Shown here: positions 26,019 through 39,565 of the stretch, piece after piece
How the letters are laid out: each line of letters begins with the position of its first letter
How positions within the stretch are numbered: the stretch's first letter is position 1
From: Octopus sinensis
Taxonomy: Eukaryota
Length of the DNA stretch: 64,000 nt
Direction of reading: 5' to 3'
Assembly: GCF_006345805.1 (NCBI RefSeq)
Contig: NC_043019.1
Location: 30,999,360 to 31,063,359, forward strand
Program-made: the position numbers and the translations under genes
Notes under the pieces: model-generated
Seen by the model: only the letters and a program-made list of their open reading frames with translations
What the model was told of the DNA's origin: nothing
Database searches by the model: none

Positions 26019-26417
26019 TATATACACACACACACACGTACATACATAAATACACACACACACACACACATAGACATATATATATTCTTTTATTCATTCA
26101 TTTGTTTCAGTCATTTGACAGCAGCCATGCTGGAGCACTGCCTTAAGCTGAACAAATTGACCCCAGGACTTATTCTCTGTAAGCCTAGTATTTATTGTAT
26201 CATTCTTTTTTGCTGAACTGCTAAGTTACATGGATGTAAACGCACCAGCATCAGTTGTCAAGCAATGTAGGGTGACAAACACAGACACACAAACATATAC
26301 ATATATATATTTATATATATACATATACCAGAGTAAGCACATAACTGTGAAACAAGGTGGAAAAAAGAGTACTCAAATACCAGAGGTAGAGTAATATGCT
26401 TTATTTAAAAGCAGCAA

Positions 26418-26455
26418 CTGTCCGACACACGGGAACATGAAACTCTGAGTAACAG
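26418..26455 (+). ncRNA. Degenerate HHR fold inside a 23 bp inverted repeat
   Basis: CTGT-CCGACAC-ACG-GGAA-CAT-GAAA-CTC-T-GAGT-A-ACAG; inverted-repeat arms at 26394-26416 and 26471-26493. Confidence 0.5.
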
Positions 26456-26769
26456 CTTTTGATATATTTCTGCTGCTTTTAAATAAAGCATATATATATA
26501 TATATATATATATATACTTTACTTGCAATATATAGAAAACAGTGTCGTCCAGTCACTGATTTTGTAACTGGGAAACTAGTCTGTAAGAAAATCTCTGTTT
26601 GAGCATTATACAAATTAAAACGTATTGCTTATGGCCACTTTAATGTGACCGTCCTCTAAGAGATGATGACACTACCATTTAACCCCAAGAAGACATCTCC
26701 TCCCGCTGGCTTATTCTCCTCCGCTGGTAGTGGAGAATTTTTTCTAGAGTTTTTTGCTACCCTTATATT

Positions 26770-26970
26770 GATTAATCATCATCATCATCATCATCATCAT
26801 CGTTTAGCGTCCGTTTTCCATGCTAGCATGGGTTGGACGGGTCAACTGGGGTCTGTGAAGCTGGAAGGCTTCGTCAGGCCCAGTCAGATCTGGCAGTGTT
26901 TCTACGGCTGGATGCCCTTCCTAACGCCAACCACTCCGCGAGTGTAGTGGGTGTTTTTTACGTGCCACCT
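26770..26970 (-). mobile_element. Family C element
   Basis: (CAT)n followed by the reverse-complement family C body. Confidence 0.88.
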
Positions 26971-26989
26971 GCCACCTGCACCTGCATTA

Positions 26990-27043
<54 letters not shown>

Positions 27044-27278
27044 GTGTGTATGTATGTATGTATATATATATATGACAGGCATCTTTCATTTTCCAATCTA
27101 CCAAATTCACTCACAAGGATTTGGTTCACCAGAGGCTATAGTAGAAGACACTTGCCCAAGGTGCCACACAGTGGGACTGAACCCAGAACCATGTGATTGG
27201 TAGCCAAGCTTTGTAAACAAACCTGCAGGCTTGATAAGTTACAGAGAAAAAGTGACAAGTAAAGTCTTTTATACAATA

Positions 27279-27313
<35 letters not shown>

Positions 27314-27374
27314 TATATATACTCATTTTAAATCGGAGTATATATATTATGATATATTATTATATCTTCATTAT

Positions 27375-27411
<37 letters not shown>

Positions 27412-27858
27412 GTACGTATGTATCAGAAGCTTGCTTCTCAACCATATGGTTCCGTGTTCAGTCCCACTGCATGATACCTTGGCCAAATTTCTTCTACTGT
27501 AGCCTCAGGCCAACCAAAGTCCTTGTGAGTGGATTTGGTAGATGGAAACTGAAAGGAGCCTGTCATATATATATATATATATATACATACATATATATGT
27601 ATGTATGTATCTAGGTGTCTGTGTTTGTCCCCACCACCACCACTTGACAACCAATGCTGATACGTTTACATCTCCATAACTTAACAGTTTGGCAAAAAGA
27701 GACTGATACAATAAGTACTAGGCTTACAAAAAGTAAGTCCTGGGGTTTATTTATTCAACTAAAGGCAGTGCTCCAGCATGGCCACAGTCAAATGACTGAA
27801 CCAAGTAAAAGAATAAAAGAATAAAAGAATATTTGTGTGTGTACATATACACACATGC

Positions 27859-27895
<37 letters not shown>

Positions 27896-29384
27896 TATGC
27901 ATACATACTTGCATGTTTATATATAACAAATGCATATACATGCATGTACACACACTCACACATATCTACATAAACATACATACAAACCAACCTCTATTAA
28001 TGCTTAATACATGTCCCTATATTATTCTTAATATATATATGTGCACATAAATGCATTTATATCACTCAATATATTGATATATATGCTATTTGTAGATATA
28101 ATCTCATTCAGCCATGTCAATAGAAGAATATATATGTACTTTCATACTTCTAGGTAAATATATATAATATGAAAGTATCGTGCATATATTTTATTTGATC
28201 GTCAAGGCACAAGATTTTAGTCATAAAAAGAATTTCACGTGCAAAATTTGCTGTCTCATCTTATTAAAGATACGCTTTTGAAAATGTGGAGAATCTGAAT
28301 ATTATTGAAATATTGAAATAACATCCATTTGAGGCCACAGTTGAAGTGTAATATAGATATGTCTCATAAGTGTTAGGCTTTACATATGGATATGAGGTCA
28401 GTATTGTAATTTAAATTGAATTCTTTGCAGAAAGAATCTCCATGGATTCTAATGTACATAAATCATGAAGGCATTTTATTACCATTATAAGATTTAGCCA
28501 ATGCTAAAGCTGTTCCATTACATTTTGCAATGGCATTTCTATCCATTATTCTCTTAATATGCATCAAAAGTAATGACATACTATTTTGTACAGGGTTTCA
28601 AAATGAATTAGAGTGTGTATGATATCAAACCTTCAACCTATTGACAGTTAAACTTGTATAACATTTACTAGTGAGAGAGGTGCTAACTGTGCATTTGTAA
28701 ACTATATTGTTAATTTGGCAATTTCTTTCTGAAGATAATTCCACTTTGCATCATAGATACTATCACAGTAATTGTTGCTACTGTTACTACTACTTCTTAA
28801 TTTAGTTGCAGTCAATGATTCAACATTTTGCATTATGTTAAGAGTTGTGGAATAAGATAACTTGATAATATTCTTGTTAAAAATCATATAGCACCCACGT
28901 TTTGCAGTTTTTAGTTATCATCTTTAGGGCTGGATTTCAAATCTTTCAGAAGTCAGCTTTGTCTTTCATACTTCGGAGATTGTTAAAATAAATTACCATT
29001 TACATACAACCATTACTATTATATTGCTATAAATCCTTTCCAGGTGTGAAAGTTGAACTTGATAAAGATTAATTAATTAATATCTATTTAGAATTGAATT
29101 TTAATTTATAAAATTATAATAGCCTGTCCTTCCCTTGCATTACTTGTGGTAAATCAATTATTGATGTCTCTTGCATCATCATTGTTTTAACGTCCAATTT
29201 TCCATGACTGCATGGGTTGGACAAAATTTTGTTGAAGCAAATTTATTATGGCCAGATATCCTTCCAGTTGCCAAACCTCATTTGTTTCAAAGTGAAGTGA
29301 TATCTCCCCATGACTAGACATATTTTCACAGAAGATTAGGAGTGAAGGACACTATGTATGTATGTATGTATGTATGTATGTATG

Positions 29385-29457
<73 letters not shown>

Positions 29458-29486
29458 ATAATATGTTACATTTACTCAATAGTCAA

Positions 29487-29547
29487 GATAAAACTCTGAG
29501 TTTCAGATGCTGAAGTGGAAATCCACAATACCATCTCTTCGGTTATC
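29487..29547 (-). ncRNA. HHR-like fold with CCGA core
   Basis: Minus strand reads GATAA-CCGAAG-AGATG-...GTGGA-TT-TCCAC...-CATCT-GAAA-CTC-A-GAGT-T-TTATC. Confidence 0.55.
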
Positions 29548-30350
29548 TGGCCATCTGAAAAATGCTATGTAAAAAAACTGTTATATAAAGGGAAATTACT
29601 GTGTTATAATTCTGCTCACGGACCCACGTGTGTACTTATATGTCACTATGAAAACGTACACATCTTCACTTGCATTTTTCGCCAAATATATACTCATATA
29701 TATACAAACTCATACATACACACATGCATACCATAAAAGTTCATACATACGTCTATATACGCACAAGCACAAGAAAAAACATGGTTAAAGGTAACGGAAC
29801 AAAACATAAGGAAGTATACAAAGCATAAAAACCACATTCATATACGGACATGCCCCTATGTACTCATACACACACATGCCCATATGTACATACCCGCACA
29901 TATTTATATACGCATACTTACACACGCATATATAAAATATGAATATACATATGTCCTCCCCCCCACAAAAAAAATGGAAAAATACTAAGTAAAAACGTCT
30001 ATATATATATGTGCATTCTTATGCCCGCACACACGCATTCTTACATATACTCTTTACTCTCTTTTACTCTTTTTACTTGTTTCAGTCATTTAACTGTGGC
30101 CATGCTGGAGCACCGCCCTTAATCGAGCAACTCGACCCCAGGACTTATTCTTTTGTAAGCCCAGTACTTATTCTATCGGTCTCTTTTGCCGAACTGCTAA
30201 GTAACAGGGACATAAACACACCAGCAGCGGTTGTCAAGCAATGCTAGGGGGACAAACACAGACACACAAACACACCGTTTTTACCAATATATCTATATAT
30301 ATATTATATATATATATATATATATAATATATATATATATATAATATATA

Positions 30351-30396
<46 letters not shown>

Positions 30397-30554
30397 ATAT
30401 ATATATATATGTGTGTGTGCATACACACACACACACAATATTTATAAACAAACCAGAAGACTTGTAAGTTACGGAGATAGCTGACCAAAACCTTGAGTGG
30501 ATTTGGTAGACGGAAACTGAAAGAAGTCTGTTGTATGTGTATATATATATATAT

Positions 30555-30597
<43 letters not shown>

Positions 30598-30840
30598 AGT
30601 AAATGTTTGTGTCTGTGTTTGTCTCCTCCATCATTGCTTAATAAGTGATGTTGATGTATTTACATCTCCGTAACTTAACAATTTGGCAAACGAGACCGAT
30701 AAAATATGTACGAGGTTTACAAAGGAATAAGTCGTGGGGTCAGTTTGTTCAACTGAAGGTGGTGCTCCAGCATGGCTGCAGTCAAAATGACTGAAACAAA
30801 TAGAAGAATAAAAAAAAAAACAATAGAATACATATATTTA

Positions 30841-31250
30841 TAGGCGCAGGAGTGGCTGTGTGGTAAGTAGCTTGTTTACCAACCACATGGTTCCGGGTTC
30901 AGTCCCACTGCGTGGCACCTTGGGTAAGTGTCTTCTACTATAGCCTCGGGCTGACCAAAGCCTTGTGAGTGGATTTGGTAGACGGAAATGGAAAAGAAGC
31001 CCGTCGTATATATATATGCATGTGTGTGTTTGTGTGTCTGTGTTTGTCACCCTAGCATTGCTTGACAACTGATGCTGGTGTGTTTATGTCCCTGTTACTT
31101 AGTGGTTCGGCAAAAGGGACCGATAGAATAAGTACTGGGCTTACAAAAGAATAAGTCCCGGGGTCGAGTTGCTCGATTAAAGGCGATGCTCCAGCATGGC
31201 CACAGTCAAATGACTGAAACAAGTAAAAGAGTAAAAGAGAGTAAAGAGTA
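30841..31250 (+). mobile_element. SINE family A, full-length copy
   Basis: Near-consensus sequence. Confidence 0.92.
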
Positions 31251-32807
31251 TATGTAAGAATGTGTGTGTGTGAGTGTCTTTATGTCTGTGTTCGTTCTTC
31301 ACTACCACCCAGCAGATGGGTTGTTTTTTTTTATGACTATATAAGCTTACAGTTCAGCAAAAGGAGGCCATAAGGATAAGTATCAGAACAAAGAGTGTTT
31401 TGGTGTCAATTTCTTTGACTAAACCTTTGAATGACTGCAACAAGGAAAGGTTATCAGATAAAAGCTACTTATTTCATCAGCCCTTAAGTATTGAGAAACC
31501 AAGTCAATTGGATACAGACTCAGACCTGTGTTGCTTCAAATGACATTAAATCTTACATGTGTTACAGGCAATCATAAATCTATAGTAATAAACACAAAAT
31601 TCTATCTGCCCGTCCATCTGGGACTCCAGTATCTCGGTCTACATTTGCTCTATAGAGACATATTAAACCTGTTTGGAATCAGGATGATTCCAGGATTGAA
31701 AATCTGCTCCTCATTTGGTTGTTGAACATCCAGCATTGGGATTAGGTCTAGATGAGGATTTGTTGTAAGCTAATTTGAAAATTCAAATTTTAGAAGAACT
31801 CCAAGAAGTGTTGTAAGCTAATTTGAAAATTCAAATTTTAGAAGAACTCCAAGAAGTTTTTCATTTAAACTGAATTAAAGCAATACTAAATATGGTATTA
31901 TTTGGTAGATTAATACTATATTGGTAGGGTACCAATAAATGCTTTATTATTATTGCTCCCTTTAGTTTTGGGTCGCAGATCCAAATAGCCCTCTGCAGGA
32001 GATAGTTTAAAAGTTTGCACAGAATGTAGATTTTAAACTAGTGAAAAATAACTCTGATGGAAATAGCTTTTCTTCTTTTTTTTTGTTTATTTTACACTTG
32101 TTTCAGTCATTGAAATATGGCCATACTGGAGCTCTATCTTCAAAGGTTTTAGTTGAACGAACTGGTGCCTGTGTTTTTTTTTTAAGTCTCGTACTTATTC
32201 TATTAATCTCTTATGTTGGACTGCAAGGTTACAAGGATGTTGATAAATCAACACTATTTCAAATAGCACCAGTTGTCAAGCAGTGATTAAAGACAAATCC
32301 AAATCCAAAGACACACACATACATGCATACATACAAACATACATACATACATATATACATACATACATGCATACATACATACATGCATGCATATACATTC
32401 ATGCATATATATATATACACATACACACACACATACACACACACACACAACATATATATGTGAAAACAGATGGGGAGCCTGAACCGCCCTTGAACAAGTC
32501 AGCTCCTATCAAACCATCCAACCCATGCCAGCATGGAAAACAAATGTTAAATTACGATGATGATGATATATATATATGTATACACACACATGCACCCCCC
32601 CCCCACACACACAAACAGATGCACAAGGTGTTCCAGCTAAGTTTGATGACTTTTTAATGCCCCCTTTTTACAGAAACAGTTTAATGTGTTGATGAACAGT
32701 CGATGGTGTTGGAGAGCATAAAGATTTAAGTAGTCGACAAGAAAGGAAAATTAAAGGACATGGAATGCTGGTAGTCAACTAAATATTGGAGAAAGAGTTA
32801 TCTGTAT

Positions 32808-33240
32808 ACTCTTTTACTCTTTTACTCTTTTACTCTTTTACTTGTTTCAGTCATTTGGCTGCGCCCATGCTGGAGCACCGCCTTTAGTCGAGCAAATCGA
32901 CCCCGGGACTTATTCTTTGTAAGCCCAGTACATATTTTATCGGTCTCTTTTGCCGAACTGCTAAGTAACGGGGACATAAACACACCAGCATTGGTTGTCA
33001 AGCAATGCTAGGGGGACAAACACAGACACACAAACACACCACACATATATATATATATATAATACATATATACGACAGGTTTCTTTCAGTTTCCGTCTAC
33101 CAAATCCACTCACAAGGCATTGGTCGGCCCGGGGCTATAGCAGAAGACACTTGCCCAAGATGCCACGCAGTGGGACTGAACCCGGAACCATGTGGTTGGT
33201 TAGCAAGCTACTTACCACACAGCCACTCCTGCGCCTGTAC
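32808..33240 (-). mobile_element. SINE family A, full-length copy
   Basis: Near-consensus sequence; (CTTTTA)n tail on the plus strand. Confidence 0.92.
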
Positions 33241-34336
33241 CAGGCAGCAAATTGCGAGCATCAAAGTGTATACACACAATGGGCTTCTTTCAGTTTCCAT
33301 CAACTCAATCCAATCACAACACATTAGTTAGCCCAAGGTTATTGAAGAAAAACGCTTACCCACGATGCCATGTAGTGGGACTGAACTCGGAATCATGTAT
33401 ATATTTGGGAAGCAAAATTCTTACCACACAACCATGCCAACACCTTAGAAAAAAGAAAGAATCTTATAATTTCCATCAAATTTTCAATTTTCAAGAGAGA
33501 AAGAGTTCATAAAATTTAATCAACTTAAAATTAGGATTTAAATAAACAAAAATGTTTGATGATATTTTAAAGACAGAAATTGTCACAAATATAATAAAGA
33601 AATTATATTAAAATTTTTCTATGATTGATGTTTGTGTAGAAGAGATGAACAAAGGTTTGATTGAAGGCGTACTCTCTTGTCAAAGATCAATATTTGTTCC
33701 TTTCAATATGATTTAATACTGATACCAACAACAAGAAGGGAAAAGTAGCCATTTTCTTTTAACCTTTGTATTAGGAATTGAAAAATTAGCTAGAAACCTC
33801 ATAAAAATTTATAGCGCTGAATAAATTTTGTTAGAAATCTCAAAGGAATTACTAGAAAGAAAAATAGTAGCAGAAAAGGAAACAATATATATATATATAT
33901 TATATGTATTATGTATATTATATATATTATGAGCGTATGTGTATACATATACATATATGTATTATATGTATGTATGTATATCTCTTTTACTATTTTACTT
34001 GTTTCAGCCATTTGACTGTGGCCATGCTGGAGCACTGCCTTTAGTCAAGCAAATTGACCCCAGGACTTATTCTTTGTAAGCCTAGTACTTATTCTATCAG
34101 TCTCTTTTGCCGAACCGCTAAGTTACAGGGACGTAAACACACCAGCATCAGTTGTCAAGCGATGTTGGGGGGACAAACACAGACACACAAACATATATAC
34201 ACGCACATACACGCACACACACACACACACACAGACACACACATATATGTATATATATATACATACATATATACAACAGCTTCTTTCATAAAAAGAAAAA
34301 AAGTTAAAGAAGTAATTTTTTTATTCTCAAATGCAG

Positions 34337-34368
34337 GATAATACTAATAATATAGCATGGACAGAGGT
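34337..34368 (+). other. Candidate micro-exon (DNTNNIAWTE...)
   Basis: Pyrimidine-rich acceptor ...TTCTCAAATGCAG and donor GTGAGT; only one open frame; too short to identify. Confidence 0.2.
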
Positions 34369-34900
34369 GTGAGTTCAAGTCTCATGGCTGGCCACCAACA
34401 CTTTTTTCTGCAAAATAGGGGTAATTTATCCTGTTCATGCTATATTATTTTATTTGAGAATAAAAAAAATTGCTTCTTTAACTTTCTAAGACATCTCAAC
34501 ACTTCTAAGGCAAACTTCTTTTGTTCGTTTACTTTCGTATATTAAAGGATTTCTTTGTTTTATTATCTGAATTGCATATATATATATATATAATTATATG
34601 TACTAAGTGACTGTAACTTTGAAGTATTGTCAAGATCCAAACAATTCTGTCTCGTATTTTTGCCCTCTTCTTTGGGATAGAAACATTTAATTCATTTATT
34701 GATATTTGCTGTTTCAGTTTTGTGTATGTTTTTCTGTATGCGTATATATATGCATGTACATATACGTGTATCTATATATGCATATATACATACATACACA
34801 CATATGTACTTAATATTTAAAAGGTACGTTTAAATACAAACCTATACATATATTTACATATATATATATATATGTATATATATATGTGTGTGTGTGTGTG

Positions 34901-34951
<51 letters not shown>

Positions 34952-35081
34952 GGAGAGTGTGTGTAGGATTGAAATGTTTATAACATTTTTACTGTTTGTT
35001 GTCTATACCACCTGTCTTCGTCTTTTTTTGTAAATTCTTCACATATATACATATGTGTGTATGTGTATATGCATATATATG

Positions 35082-35115
<34 letters not shown>

Positions 35116-35721
35116 ATATATTTATGGATAATAAAAAAATAATTTTTTTACTTTTAAATGTTAACTCTTATATCTACGATCCTCTAATGCTTTCATATCT
35201 GTGATCTTTAAAAAAATATTTGTGTGCATCAACCTAAGTAATCTCCTGTACTCTTCTACCTCTACGTACTCTATAGTCTTTCAATTTATATCATTTTCTG
35301 TCATTTTCCCTACTTTATTGTATCTTATCCAGTTTTATTTTATTTCATTTCATATTTTTCTCATCTTCCTCCCTACCCATTCTACTAACTGTTACCCTGT
35401 TATCTTACTAATATTTATAATAAAATAGTATATATATTATATACACACATATATATTATATATATATTATATATATATATATATATATATTATATTACAT
35501 ATATATATACACATATATATATACACACACACACATATATATATATATTATATATATATAAAGTCGATTTTCCTAAGTCATTGCACAGTGACTACCATAA
35601 GCTTTAATCTTATATAGAAATACCATTATTATTATTTACAGGATTGTAAAAACGGTGGTGTATAAAAAAAAAACATTTGCACTGAAAGCATATATATATA
35701 TATATCAGATACACATATATG

Positions 35722-35756
<35 letters not shown>

Positions 35757-36077
35757 TGTATGTATGTATGTATGTATGTATGATTGTATGTATGTATACA
35801 CACATATACATACATATATGTATTGGTACGAAAAGAAGTGTGTAAGTTAAGAGAACAGATAGCATATGATAAGATTGTGTATAGTTTTATCATATTTATT
35901 GGAAGCTGAATTGTTCACTAACAGTTACTCTAGTTTCTGGTTTCTGATGTTAAACTGATGGTGGAGATTGGGGCAAGATATATGAGCATATATAGAGTTT
36001 TATGGGAAATAAAACCTGAATAATCTATCATTGATAAAAAAAAGAAATGAAATTCGTAGTTTCATACACATGCACGT

Positions 36078-36111
<34 letters not shown>

Positions 36112-36244
36112 TAATATATATGTGTCTACTTTTTTGTCATCTGTACTAATGCTTGAAGCTTCCAAGCTTCCTACATTTAGATTTCTGGATCAAATTTTTC
36201 CTATTGCTATATATCTAAGTCAATATCTATATCTATATCTATAT

Positions 36245-36715
36245 CATCATCATCATCATTTAGCGTCCGTTTTCCATGCTAGCATGGGTTGGACGGTTCA
36301 ACTGGGGTCTGTGAAGCCAGAAGGCTGCATCAGGCCCAGTCTGATCTGGCAAGGTTTCAGCAACCACTCCGCGAGTGTAGTGGGTGCTTTTTACGTGCCA
36401 CCCGCACAGGTGCCAGACGGAGCTGGCAAACGGCCACGAACGGATGGTGCTTTTACGTGCCACCAGCATGGGGGCCAGGCGAGGCTGGCAACGGACACAA
36501 ATGGATGGTGCTTTTACGTGCCACCGGCACGGAGGCCAGACGGGGCGGTGCTGGCAACGGCCATGAACAGATGGTTAATGTTAGAAAGAGTATCCAGCCA
36601 TAAAATCATGTTAGAACTGAAGCCGGGTGCAGTCTTCTGCCTAGCCAGCACCTGTTAAACTGTTCAACCCATGCTAGAATGGAAAATAGATGTTAAATTG
36701 TGATGATGGTAATGA
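36245..36715 (-). mobile_element. Family C element with about 3 tandem units plus an opposite-strand fragment
   Basis: (CAT)n, family C body and GGTGCTTTTACGTGCCACC units. Confidence 0.85.
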
Positions 36716-36729
36716 TAGTACATATATGT

Positions 36730-37170
36730 ATAGGCACAGGAGTGACTGGGTGGTAAGTAGCTTGCTTACCAACCACATGGTTCCGGGTTCATTCCACTGC
36801 ATGGCACCTCGAGCAAGTGTCTTCTAATATAGCCTCGGGCCGACCAAAGTCTTGTGAGTGGATTTTGTAGATGAAACTGAAAGAAGCCCGTCATATATAT
36901 GTATATGTATATGTATATATGTGTGTGTGTGTATATATATATGTATGTGTGTGCATATGTTTGTGTGTCTGTGTTTGTCCCCCCCCCCCCAACATTGCTT
37001 GACAACCGATGGTGGTGTGTTTACATCCCCGTAACTTAGCGGTTCGAAAAAACACACCGATAGAATAAGTACTAGGCTTACAAAGAATAAGTCCTTGGGT
37101 CGATTTGCTCGTCTAAAGGTGGTGCTCCAGAATGGCCGCAGTCAAATGACTGAAACAAGTAAAGGAGTAA
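36730..37170 (+). mobile_element. SINE family A, full-length copy
   Basis: Head, microsatellite and tail. Confidence 0.88.
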
Positions 37171-38140
37171 GAGATTATTCAGTTTTATTTCAAGATTTCT
37201 AAGTTAGATCCAAATCTCCTTCATTGGAATTTCAACATCAACAGGGCATTTTTGTGTGAATGTATGTATATTTAACATCGTATATATGTATATATATGCG
37301 TGTGTGTGTTTGTGTGTCTGTGTTTGTCCCCCTAGCATTGCTTGACAACCGATGCTGGTGTGTTTATGTCCCCGTTACTTAGCGGTTCGGCAAAAAGAGA
37401 CCGATAGAATAAGTACTGGGCTTACAAAAGAATAAGTCCCGGTGTCGAGTTGCTCAATTAAAGGCGGTGCTCCAGCATGGCCGCAGTCAAATGGCTGAAA
37501 CAAGTAAAAGAATAAAAGAGTAAAGAGAGTATATATTTGTTTTGTGCATATTTGTTTTGTTTTATGTATGTATTCTGATGCATATAGTTGCATATCTAGA
37601 CATGCTCTTATATATTTAAATGATAAACTTTTGGAAAGTTTTACAGATTTATAGTTCTTTTATTCTTTTACTTGTTTCAGCCAATTGACTGTGGCCATGC
37701 TGGAGCACTACCTTAAAGGGTTTTTATCAGAAAAATCGACTCCAGTATTTATTCTTTGTAAGCCTAGTACTTATTCTATCAGTCTCTTTTGCTGAACTGC
37801 TAAGTTACAGGGATATAAACACACCAGCACCGGTTGTCAATCGATGATGGGGGACAAACACAAAAACATACAGACATAGATACATACACACATATGATGA
37901 GCTTCTTTCAGTCCCCCTCAACCAAATCCATTCACAAGACTTTGGTCAGCCCAAGGCTATAGTAGAAGATGCTTGCCCAAGGTGCCATGCAGTGGGACTG
38001 AACCCAGAACCATGTGGTCGGGAAGTAAGTTCCTTACCACACAGCTACGTTTTTTAATCTGGTTTGCATAACTCTTCCTAGACACAATGAATGACACATA
38101 TATATGCACATGCATATATATATGTATATATATATATATA

Positions 38141-38181
<41 letters not shown>

Positions 38182-38440
38182 CGTTTTTTAAAAAAAAGTC
38201 CGTTTCCTTGTTTTTTCGTTGTTAAAAAAAGTGTTTCCTTGTTTGATCATATGTTTTCGTCTCTCGTTGTGTTCTACGTTTATTTGTGGTGTCCTGTACT
38301 CATATATATATATATGCATGTATATATACATGTAGATGTAAGTATATACATATATGTATGTATATATGCATATATTTTATTTATTTATTATATTATTATA
38401 TGACTGAACGCACGCGTTATTTCTCTTCTCCAAGTAAGTT

Positions 38441-38487
<47 letters not shown>

Positions 38488-38500
38488 GTATATATATATA

Positions 38501-38532
<32 letters not shown>

Positions 38533-39149
38533 TGATTGCATATATTCCCCCAGTGAAACTTATATTTCACCATTTTTGAAGTATTGTAAAAGATGACTCT
38601 GTTCAATGTAAGCCTCATTGACAGACTCATACCAATCTCCTCTATTTCCAAATGTACTTTGAGGATGATGTAATATTTTCTTCACGACTCACACATTTAA
38701 TGTTCTCAGCTTTAAATACATTAATGCTTACTTAATTCTTTTTCTTTTCTCTGAATGGCATCTCTAAATTATTTAATGGATAAACAATTCTGTTTTTCAT
38801 CATCAATAAATGCTCAATCTTGTACATTTATTTAGTGATATTTTCAGCGAATACAGTGATTTATTTAGTGTTTATAATGAATGTCATGCCATATTAGCGT
38901 TGGTCAGAATAAAAAGAAAAAGCTGTCAAGGCATTGTTTAATTGGTTCCTTTTTGCACCACATATTTTTCTCTAGTCAGCATTTAAATGCTCCATCCACT
39001 GAGATTAATTTACCGGTTGTTTCAGAGAAAGTGTCATTAAGAAAATGATATTGGAAAAGGTCTCTCAACTTATATTTGAGTTTAGAGCAAAAATGATATT
39101 GTATGATTTTTTATTCTATCTATCTATCTATCTATCTATGTCTTTCTGT

Positions 39150-39565
39150 CTATCTGTCTACATACACCCTATGATCCAAGGTAAGCACAGCAGGCCATCC
39201 TGTGATCCAAGGTACTTTGGATGGGCTGGGGCTGCTATGTGAAGCTGGTGCAGGAAACAGCCATGAACTCACGTTATTTGTCGGGTCTTCACAGCCACAG
39301 CATGTCTCCAGAGATCTCGGTCTTTCGTCATTGCCACTGTGAGGCCCAACGTTCGAAGATCATGCTTGACCACCTCATCCCATGTCTTCCTGGGTCTACC
39401 TCTAGCCTGGATTCTTTCAACTGTTTGGGAGTGGCAGTTCTTCACACATCTCTCCTCATCCATCCATAGTACATGACCATACCAATGCAAACGTCTCTCT
39501 TGCATGCCACATCTGATGCTTCTTATGTCCAACATTTCTCTCAGGATGCTTACACTCTGTCGTAT
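39150..39565 (-). mobile_element. RTE-clade LINE 3' end fragment
   Basis: RRLHWYGHVLWMDEERCVK...RGRPRKTWDEVVKHDLRTLGL...DRDLWR is the typical RTE C-terminus. Confidence 0.88.

Noticed and set aside
28400-29000. Short open frames here and at 31500-31750 and 38560-38800
   Set aside because: Multiple stops and frameshifts with no recognisable domain; possibly very old relics, but this cannot be supported.
36047-36658. 203 aa ORF, and the 141-204 aa ORFs at 61447-62572
   Set aside because: Open frames through the family C minisatellite; no protein homology.
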